DNA from: Calditrichia bacterium
GTDB lineage: Bacteria; Calditrichota; Calditrichia; RBG-13-44-9
Length of the DNA: 15,316 bases
Reading direction: 5' to 3'
NCBI GenBank assembly: GCA_037381445.1
Contig: JARRQT010000143.1
Location: forward strand, 1-15,316
Shown here: positions 7,814 through 15,316 of the stretch, piece after piece
Layout of the letters: every line of letters starts with the position of its first letter
How positions within the stretch are numbered: position 1 is the stretch's first letter
Position numbers and translations under genes: made by a program
The notes under the pieces: generated by a model
Told to the model about the DNA's origin: nothing
What the model saw: the letters and a program-made list of their open reading frames with translations, nothing else
Database searches by the model: none

Positions 7814-9131
7814 TTAGTTCTTGCTTTTATTGAGTAATGGTATGTTTGTATGCAGATACTTTTTTACCCCACCAACATTTAATAATATACTACATATCGC
7901 ATATGTTAATATTCCAATACTAATTTTTGCCACAAATCCTAATATGCCCTCCATTGAAGAAGTTAAATATAGAGAAAAAGTCATAAAAAAAGTGGCAAAT
8001 ATTATTTTAAATATATCTCTAAAAGGAAATGGCAGATAAAATATCTTTTTCCCCACAAACCAGCTTAAAAAAAGTGCAATTGCACATGATAATACTGTGG
8101 AATAGGCAGCTCCAATCATTCCTAAATTTGGGATCCAAAGTATATTTAATACGATATTGACGAATGCAGCGATAAAAAGTACGGAAGCCTGTCCAATGGT
8201 ACGTTTCCCAAGCTGAAAAGCCATATCTGTATAAAATGCACGAATCCCCATAAAAAATATCCCTATCGAGATCCACGGGATTAACCTATTTGCGGCCTCT
8301 CTATATGCTTGGCCAAGAAATATATTTGAAATATCCTTAGATAAAAGTGAAAGACCCACGGTTATTGGGAGCGCTATTCCAATCAAAATAGTAAAATACA
8401 TAGATAAATTCTTATCAGTTTCAGCGAGGCGTTTTTTCTCTAAAGAGCGCACTACAATCGGATATGCTGCCAAATTAATCGTTGACATCGAGAAAATCAA
8501 TATCTGCTGAGCAATGTTATATCCACTTGAATATAAGCCCGCATCACTTTTTCCAATAATCCAGCCAAGCATAATTCTATCTGAACTATGAATAACAGCG
8601 TTTAAAGCGAAAGATGTTATCAACGGTATGCCATATTTAACCAATTGCAATAAAATATTTTTATCAAAGTATCTACGCCTTACAATATACCATTCTTTAA
8701 TAATCATCCAAAAGGAAGGGAATATGAATCCTAAGATCAGACCAACTAATACTCCCTTTGCACCAGCACCAAAAAAGACCAAGAGCGTCCCTAATGATAA
8801 TGCAATAACAGCCTTAAGTGATGCTAAAATACCATATCTTTTGGGGCTTAATTTTGATCTCGCTATGTCTAAGTTCATTCGATATAAACTAATACTCCAC
8901 AACAGAACCAATCCAATATACAAAATTGGGCGAGAAACCTTTACATCAACAGAAAAGCTGTATCCATTGAAATAGGACAACATAGATAACTTCGACCGCG
9001 GCTAAAACCAAGACATATTGGCCATACTCTTCTGGTAAAAGAATATGTGTAAAAATGGTGATTGTTAAAAAGCCAATAATACTTGGAAATCCGCGAGCGA
9101 TTATATAATATAAGCTATGTTTTATAATCAT
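7814..9131 (-). pseudogene. wzx: Wzx polysaccharide flippase, frameshifted near 8950-8956
   Basis: The N-terminal ORF (MIIKHSLYYIIARG...LLPEEYGQY...FQWIQL) and the long multi-TM ORF (YGIPL...SSDRIML...AGLYS.GY...NIVLNILWIP.LGMIGAAYST) form one MOP-family flippase. The span of 1318 nt is 3n+1. Confidence 0.85.
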
Positions 9132-9221
9132 TTACTTCTTCTTGAAAATAGGATAATCCCTTTTATCGTATGATACTGCTGCTAAATGTTGCCCTTTCAG
9201 ATAACCAACTGGAAGTTCCAT
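9132..9221 (-). other. 29-aa mini-ORF or collapsed gene remnant filling the GT4-wzx gap
   Basis: MELPVGYLKGQHLAAVSYDKRDYPIFKKK*. It starts 6 nt after the upstream GT stop, and its TAA abuts the wzx ATG (TAAATG). Confidence 0.45.
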
Positions 9222-9227
9222 AGTGAA

Positions 9228-10331
9228 TTAAATATCCAAAAATTTTTCGAAAAGCAGTTCATATTTTTTAGCTACCAACTTTATATCAAATCGTTGATTG
9301 GCATAATTATAAGCGTTTTCTGCCAATTCCAATCTCTTCGATGGATTATCTTTTAAAAATAAAATTGCAGATCGTAGTTCTTCCTCATTTCCGGGCGAGA
9401 TTAACCAGCCAGTTTTCCCATGTTTAATCAACTCTGGAATCCCCCCTACTTTTGTAGATATAACGGGAATTTTCTCCAACATACTCTCAATAATAGATGT
9501 TGGAAAACTTTCTGCAAAAGAGGGCAAAATCATTAAATCAAATTTACTGATGTAATTTCTTGCATTTACTAAATAGCCAGTTAATTTAATAACATCTTGA
9601 AGGCCAAAATTGGCAATTTCAGCCTCAATCTTTCCATTAGAATAATCCTTTCCAATAAATTCAATCTCTATATCATCATTGTCTTGGAGCAGTGGATAAA
9701 TCGCTTCAATAAAAAAGGAGTGCCCTTTGCCTGGCTGGATATTAGCTAATACTGCAATTTTAAATTTCGAGGAACGCTTATACCTAATATTTGAACCATT
9801 TTTGGTTTTGCCATTTGTTAGCACTAAACCTTGATAAATAACAAATACTCGTTTTGTGGGAAGTCTTTCCTGATTGATCGCTCGTTTTTTCGCTACATAA
9901 GAATTAGCTACCCAAAAGCTTGTGAATTTTGATAGTATTCTTTCAATAGATAGATGAATATTATTTTTCCAGGCATCAATCCCTACAATAGCAGCGATTC
10001 TAACAGGTACCCTTATAAGACAACTCAATGGTAATAGGATTAATCTCAATTTTAGGCCGAAAAGAAAAATAATATCAAACTTCTGTTTTATAAGAAATCG
10101 AGTAATTCTAAAGAGATATCCAGGAAAGAAATAGTAGGATAACTTTGGATCAAATGTCTTTATATTTTTTTGTTGAGCATATTGCAAAAGTGGACCACCT
10201 GGCTCCAAAGCAGCAATGCATGGTTCATAGCGCTCGGAGTCCATAAATGCGGCTAAATCAAGTACATTATTCTCTGCACCTCCAATAAAAGATGTGTTCA
10301 GAAAAAATAGAATTTTTATCTTTTGTTCCAT
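9228..10331 (-). CDS. Glycosyltransferase family 4 (GT-B)
   Basis: KILFFL....IGGAE, ANI.PGKGH, LPSFAESFPTSIIESM...PVIST.VGGIPELI (EX7E). Confidence 0.92.
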   Translation of the reverse strand: MEQKIKILFFLNTSFIGGAENNVLDLAAFMDSERYEPCIAALEPGGPLLQYAQQKNIKTFDPKLSYYFFPGYLFRITRFLIKQKFDIIFLFGLKLRLILLPLSCLIRVPVRIAAIVGIDAWKNNIHLSIERILSKFTSFWVANSYVAKKRAINQERLPTKRVFVIYQGLVLTNGKTKNGSNIRYKRSSKFKIAVLANIQPGKGHSFFIEAIYPLLQDNDDIEIEFIGKDYSNGKIEAEIANFGLQDVIKLTGYLVNARNYISKFDLMILPSFAESFPTSIIESMLEKIPVISTKVGGIPELIKHGKTGWLISPGNEEELRSAILFLKDNPSKRLELAENAYNYANQRFDIKLVAKKYELLFEKFLDI

Positions 10332-10334
10332 ATG

Positions 10335-11489
10335 CTAAGATTCGCTTAGGATTTGAATTAACGCTTGATTTGTGGTCTTTGCTATGTTTTTCCAGGTAAA
10401 TTCTTCTTTTGTGCGCTTATAACCATATTCCCCCATCCTTTTTGCTATATTTGGATTGGTAAGCAATAACTTGAGGGCATTATAGGTAGCTTCAGTGTTG
10501 GCTTCAGTAATCAATAATCCATTTTTACCATGTTTAATAGCATCTTCAATTCCGCTATTTTTTGTACCAATTACTGGCTTTTTCATTAGATTGGCTTCAA
10601 GAAATACAATCCCAAATCCTTCTTTCGCACCCGTATCGTCGGCAATACTGTTCAGAATGAATAAATCGCAAAGTGAGTAATATTCTCGCAATTTTTCCCA
10701 ACCTGCGTACCCCTCAAATCTAACATTATATTCTAAGCCTTTCTCCTTTACAAGATTTTTGAGTTCATTTTCTTCAGGTCCCGTTCCTACAATTAAATAT
10801 ATTAAATTTTCAATTTCCCTTACAAGTTTATCAATGGCCTTTATGACATACATATGTCCTTTTCTCCTTTTTAAGCTCCCAACCGTCAAAACGACTTTTT
10901 TATTTTCTAAATGATATTTTTTGCGTAGATCATTTTCATTCAAAAATTTATAGTCATAAATCAGGTCATCTGCGCCAAGAAAGGTTGTAATAATTTGTGT
11001 ATTTTTAATACCATTTGTTTGTGCTATCTCTTTAGTATAATTGCTATTTGCAAATATTATATCAGCTCGATCATAGGTATATTTGATAACTTGCTTTAAT
11101 AAATAATTATTATCCAAAAATTCAGATCCACCATGTGCAACGGCAACATACGGTGTGCCATAAATTCTTTTTATTAGCAATCCGATTACGGCCGCATTAG
11201 GATATGGTATAAATAGTAAATCAAATTTTTCTTTTTTATAAATTCTTATAGTAAAAAGTATCCGATGGAGAGTTTTCCATAATTTGGATTTTGCATATTT
11301 ATAGCGAATAATTTTAAACGACTGTTTTTCATCAAATTCCCGAATTTTGATGTTATCAGAAGAGTTCGTGTTTGCAAGAACAATCACTTTATTACCCAAA
11401 AGTGATAGGTTTTTGGCAATTTGGAATGAATAGGTTCCAATTCCCCCCTGTTGTGGAGGAAATTCAAATGTAATCAAAAGTATCTTCAT
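10335..11489 (-). CDS. Glycosyltransferase family 4 (PimA/PimB-like GT-B)
   Basis: MKILLIT.EFPP..GGI..Y, VLTVG.L..RKG, EGFGIVFLEA....KPVIG...SGI.DAI. ATGA overlap with the upstream wzy. Confidence 0.92.
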   Translation of the reverse strand: MKILLITFEFPPQQGGIGTYSFQIAKNLSLLGNKVIVLANTNSSDNIKIREFDEKQSFKIIRYKYAKSKLWKTLHRILFTIRIYKKEKFDLLFIPYPNAAVIGLLIKRIYGTPYVAVAHGGSEFLDNNYLLKQVIKYTYDRADIIFANSNYTKEIAQTNGIKNTQIITTFLGADDLIYDYKFLNENDLRKKYHLENKKVVLTVGSLKRRKGHMYVIKAIDKLVREIENLIYLIVGTGPEENELKNLVKEKGLEYNVRFEGYAGWEKLREYYSLCDLFILNSIADDTGAKEGFGIVFLEANLMKKPVIGTKNSGIEDAIKHGKNGLLITEANTEATYNALKLLLTNPNIAKRMGEYGYKRTKEEFTWKNIAKTTNQALIQILSES

Positions 11490-12754
11490 AAATGCGCAGG
11501 TAAATTGCTTGTTTTAATAAAATAATCTAAAATCCATGAAAAAAAGAATAATAAAAATATCATTGTAAAATTCAATAGGCTAAAACCAAAAAAAGAAACA
11601 AGGTATGAGAACATCATCAATGCAGCAAACATTAATTTGTATAAACGAAAATTTGGATATAAATTATTCATAACAAAAGCGGCGATAAAACCCCACAAAT
11701 AACTCAATATTAATAAACCATATACCCCATAATCAGCATATAACATGCGTATATACGTATACGTATTCAATGAAACAGGTCCAATATTTGTAAATTCCAA
11801 ATATTGTGATGGAATCGAGGTAGAATTAATAACCCCTAGTCGAGATAACCATTTCAATATACTTTGAAATAAGAATGCTCCTTTCTCATAAGATATATCT
11901 GATTTTAAATATGTGTCCAAAGCCACCACATTTCCAGCTATATAAGAATAGATGCTCTGAATTCCCAATTTGATTAATTTATTATATTTCGCTCCTCCAA
12001 GATCAATATAAAATCTGATAGAGATGACAATTATAATGACCAAGGCAATAAATATCAGGATTCCAATAAAACTTCGGTAAAATTTATTGAGAGATATTTT
12101 TTGCCTCTGGCTATCTAAATAGAAGCTTATGAAAAACAGCGCACTAAGCCAAAATGTCAATATAATTATCAAGGTATGCCTTTGAAGCGTTATCACGCTA
12201 AACAAAAAGGCTAAAAATATTGGGCCATAGATCAAAATTTTCTTTCCAGAATAAAAACTATGATATATTGCAGAAATAATAACAACTACGTTATTTAAAA
12301 GAATCAAATAACTGAACAAAGAGTGCAATACGCTCCATCCAAAGTGACCTTTTGCACTATGAGATAAAACAAAGCGGTACCAGAAAATGTTTGTTAGATG
12401 CAATCCATAACTTTTTATAGTAAACATTAAAGATAGAATATCACCTATCACACCAATAGCAACGAAAATTAACAGGTACTTTAACAATTTTTCTAAATTA
12501 TTTTTATCAAAATCAATATATGATTTGTTTCTAGTCTTGCTGGTGATCTGAACAGTTCTTGTGGTATTAAGGAAATAATATGTTAAATATCCTACGACGA
12601 CAGTTGACACACTAGATAATGTTATAATCCAGGTTTCCAGACTTACCGATTTATAATTATATGGGCTTAGGATTAATAGAAATACCTGTAAAATCCAAAT
12701 TGTGATGAAAACTACAACAGGTACAAGTTTTGCTCCTTGCTCGGTAATTACCAT
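11486..12754 (-). CDS. wzy: Wzy-like O-antigen/oligosaccharide repeat-unit polymerase
   Basis: Highly hydrophobic 422-aa multi-TM protein within the glycan operon, with a periplasmic-loop motif NTYTYIR.LY.DYG..G. Confidence 0.78.
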   Translation of the reverse strand: MVITEQGAKLVPVVVFITIWILQVFLLILSPYNYKSVSLETWIITLSSVSTVVVGYLTYYFLNTTRTVQITSKTRNKSYIDFDKNNLEKLLKYLLIFVAIGVIGDILSLMFTIKSYGLHLTNIFWYRFVLSHSAKGHFGWSVLHSLFSYLILLNNVVVIISAIYHSFYSGKKILIYGPIFLAFLFSVITLQRHTLIIILTFWLSALFFISFYLDSQRQKISLNKFYRSFIGILIFIALVIIIVISIRFYIDLGGAKYNKLIKLGIQSIYSYIAGNVVALDTYLKSDISYEKGAFLFQSILKWLSRLGVINSTSIPSQYLEFTNIGPVSLNTYTYIRMLYADYGVYGLLILSYLWGFIAAFVMNNLYPNFRLYKLMFAALMMFSYLVSFFGFSLLNFTMIFLLFFFSWILDYFIKTSNLPAHL

Positions 12755-12760
12755 ATTTCA

Positions 12761-13903
12761 TCAATTTGATTTAAAAATTCTATTAAAATGCGAATGATTA
12801 TTTTTTATAAAATCACGAATTAAATAGTAAAGCAGACTAATTATAATTGAGAAGAAAGCAATAACAAAAATAAAAACAGCCCGCTTTGGTTTTGCTTTAT
12901 AATCCTGAGGAACTGCCTTATCTAGTATCTGGAGGTTAGCTGTTTTTCTTTGTTCTTCTAAACGAGCATTTTCCAGCTGAGGAACAACAAACTCAAGAAT
13001 TTTTTCTCTAATTTTTACTTCTCTATATAATCTAAGATATTCCAAACCTTTTTCTGGAATTTGTTCTAAAGTCAAATCGTAGTCTTTGCTATCTGACTTA
13101 AGAGAATTTATATTATCTTTTAAGGCTTTCATTTTTTGGAGCAAAGCTTTATACTCAGAACTAAATTTAGCACCAAGATTATCCAAATAGACCTTTTGAA
13201 TCTCAAGTTTTATCTTTTCTGATTCTAATTCGGATATTGTCTGTACAGCAAGTTTTGTCTGTTCTTCAGGTAAATAAAGGTTGCTTTTAATCTGGAATTT
13301 GCTTAGTTCTTCTTCAGCGGCATTTAACTGCGAGACAGTTCTATTATACGTATTTTCAAGAAACAGACGAATATTTTTGTTTCGTTCTTGCTTTAAATTA
13401 TTTACCAATTTGTTTAACTCTTCATAAAATGAATTTGCAATGGCGGCAGCCTTTTTCGGATCTTCTTTGTAGTAAAACTTTATGGTAATTGTGTTATCGC
13501 CATTATTAATAAAATTTGCGTTTTGTAATATTTTTTTATACAAAAGAGTCTTGAATTTTGTCTTATAATCCTCTTGTAAATTGTATAATGAATCAATTTT
13601 ATTTAAAATAGTATAGGAACCTAAAAAATTAATGTATTGATCAACCACAGGAGTGCTGCCAATACCCAAAAGTCCCGCTGGTAATCCTACATTTCCTAAT
13701 ACAGAAGAGGCCAATGACCCTGTAAGATCGGAATCTTCATTTACAATAAAAACAACTCGCCCTTCATACCATTTTGGCAACAACAAGCTGATGATTAATG
13801 CAATAAGAATGGCGCTCCCATTAATTATTAGAAGCTTTTTTCTATTGCTCCAAATTAATTTGATAAAATTAAAAAAGGGTGTAATTTTTTCTTCGGCTTC
13901 CAT
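12761..13903 (-). CDS. Wzz/GumC-like polysaccharide co-polymerase (chain-length determinant) without a kinase domain
   Basis: N-terminal TM followed by LPKWY, DPKKAAAIAN, a long coiled coil (AEEEL..FQ; YLRLYREVKI...I.EF...Q.E.A), then ILD.AV....KAKPKR and a C-terminal TM. ATG 13903 has AAGGTG 9 nt upstream, so it is preferred over GTG 13915. Confidence 0.85.
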   Translation of the reverse strand: MEAEEKITPFFNFIKLIWSNRKKLLIINGSAILIALIISLLLPKWYEGRVVFIVNEDSDLTGSLASSVLGNVGLPAGLLGIGSTPVVDQYINFLGSYTILNKIDSLYNLQEDYKTKFKTLLYKKILQNANFINNGDNTITIKFYYKEDPKKAAAIANSFYEELNKLVNNLKQERNKNIRLFLENTYNRTVSQLNAAEEELSKFQIKSNLYLPEEQTKLAVQTISELESEKIKLEIQKVYLDNLGAKFSSEYKALLQKMKALKDNINSLKSDSKDYDLTLEQIPEKGLEYLRLYREVKIREKILEFVVPQLENARLEEQRKTANLQILDKAVPQDYKAKPKRAVFIFVIAFFSIIISLLYYLIRDFIKNNHSHFNRIFKSN

Positions 13904-13955
13904 GTTTCTGAGCACCTTCGAATTTTTGTATGTAATAATTGGCGAAAATATTTCC

Positions 13956-15051
13956 TTACTGCGCTGCCCGTATCAATGCATAAGAGCTCAATCCGATGCT
14001 GATAATAGGCGTCAGAATTGTCATATAATCTTTAAAGACTTCCCTGCCCCGCTTGGGGACAACCACGATATCTCCTTTTTGCACGACAGCGTTCCCGCCT
14101 TTTTCCATATACACGGTCCCGATTTGTAGGAACGATAATACGGTCGCCGGTATGCAGCAGCTCATTCCTGACACTGGACTCTTCTCTAATCAGGTCATAG
14201 TAAATTCTTTTTCCGTCACGCACCAGAACCACGTTATTAACATCGGAGCGGCGGTTTATCGCTCTGATTCGCGTTAGGAATGATAACAAAGTTTCACTCT
14301 CTCGAAACTGATATATACCCTCCGACCCCACATTTCCTTCCACAATAACATAATTTTTCGCAAGGTCAATCGGCGGAATGTAGATAATATCTCCGCCATC
14401 CAGATTGGGGTTCTCTTCAAGATCACCATACAGATAAAATTTGTTGATATTCACGGTGTCAGTCGGCAGATTGTTGTGACGCAACTGCAAACGGGTATCA
14501 TCTCCCCACTGGGTCAACCCTCCGGCCAGTTCAATGGCATCACTGACCCGGTCGGCTGATCGTAAATAATAGGTGCCGGGACTGTTTATTTCTCCCACCA
14601 GGTAGACCCGAAACTTGCGCATTTTAATGAGACGTATGGAAAATTCAGCGTTTTTGAAATACTTATTTAGAGTCTGTTTTACAATTTCACTGCCGTCCGC
14701 CAGGGTCAAGCCCGCCAATTTTACATCCGCGACCGTGGGGATAACCAGATAACCTTCCGGGGTGATTTCAGTAATAAACTGATTCTCCAGCGGTCCCCAT
14801 ATTTTAATCAGCATCTGGTCTCCGGGCCCGAGGATATACCTGGTTGAATCAATAGCCTTCCCCAATGCCTGTTCGAGGTATTGCTGTTGGGGAATAATCT
14901 GCTGACTGGATTTATCAAGCTGCTGAAAATCAACATCCAACTGGGGAGTCTGAATATTTCTTCCCCTGGTTCCCTGCTGCGTTTTGTTCTGAGCGAATAA
15001 AAAACCGCACGATAAATACATCAACAAAAACATGTAAACAGAATACTTCAA
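13956..15051 (-). pseudogene. Polysaccharide export protein with Poly_export and SLBB repeats (Wza/KpsD-like), frameshifted near 14101-14108
   Basis: TTG start with GGAGG upstream. Signal peptide LFA-Q, YILGPGD...I.IWG, EG...IP.V..V..AGLTL, and two full SLBB repeats. The frame breaks after DRVY315, and the natural C-terminus (GDIVVVP...hydrophobic helix) continues in another frame to 13956. Confidence 0.85.
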
Positions 15052-15052
15052 C

Positions 15053-15316
15053 TCATACCTCCGATAATGTTTTTACAATCCGCTCCGCCGCCTTGCCGTC
15101 CCACAAGGGAGGAATTTCACCTTTTTTCCAATCACCTGCCAGTATTTTTTTCGCGTCCGAGATGATTTTTTCGGTATCTGTTCCCACAATTTCATTGGTA
15201 CCCAGTTCAACTGTCACCGGCCGTTCTGTATTTTCACGCAGCGTCAGGCAGGGGATCCCCAGATAAGTGGTTTCTTCCTGAATACCCCCCGAATCGGTCA
15301 TCACGAACCTGCAGTT
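15053..15316 (-). CDS. wecB: UDP-N-acetylglucosamine 2-epimerase (non-hydrolysing), C-terminal part; runs off the window
   Basis: TDSGGIQEETTYLGIPCLTLRENTERP and WDGKAAERIV signature motifs. Confidence 0.93.
   Translation of the reverse strand, partial: NCRFVMTDSGGIQEETTYLGIPCLTLRENTERPVTVELGTNEIVGTDTEKIISDAKKILAGDWKKGEIPPLWDGKAAERIVKTLSEV

Noticed and set aside
6103..10680. Short overlapping ORFs within the MTase, GT and wzx genes (6103-6303, 7299-7526, 7514-7705, 7821-8039, 8019-8276, 8628-8975, 10495-10680)
   Set aside because: Antisense or off-frame shadows of well-supported genes.
8950..14108. Phase variation by slipped-strand mispairing, or programmed frameshifting, at the two frameshifts
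   Set aside because: The runs are only T4 and A5, too short for typical contingency tracts, and restoring the frame still leaves apparently incomplete domains.
13653..14277. Plus-strand ORFs 13653-14129 and 14053-14277
   Set aside because: Antisense to wzz and the SLBB gene, with no domain signal.
15005..15051. Lipoprotein signal (YLSC) in the SLBB exporter, as in canonical Wza
   Set aside because: Poor lipobox match (Tyr at -3), and the hydrophobic stretch continues to a better signal peptidase I site, LFA-Q.

Overview
AT-rich bacterial window with two parts. Left part (+ strand): two secreted proteins ending in T9SS type-A/FlgD-like C-terminal sorting domains, namely an arylsulfotransferase (ASST)-family enzyme with Ig-like modules and a 7x52-aa repeat beta-propeller protein. 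Between them are a perfect bidirectional terminator and two fused, decayed IS remnants on the minus strand that the ORF track misses. After them come an orphan C-terminal-domain relic and a Trm112-like/SAM methyltransferase gene. Right part (- strand): the distal part of a Wzx/Wzy-type surface-polysaccharide operon (wecB fragment, SLBB export protein, Wzz-like co-polymerase, Wzy, three GT4 glycosyltransferases, Wzx). The SLBB gene and the flippase are both frameshifted and appear to lack an internal block, and a 29-codon mini-ORF fills a gene slot before wzx. The operon is therefore either decaying or locally mis-assembled. The CTD style plus Shine-Dalgarno use suggests a Calditrichota/Ignavibacteria/KSB1-like host (inference). 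I found no clear-cut novel system. The best speculative candidate is glycan decoration (sulfation/methylation) by the genes flanking the polysaccharide locus.
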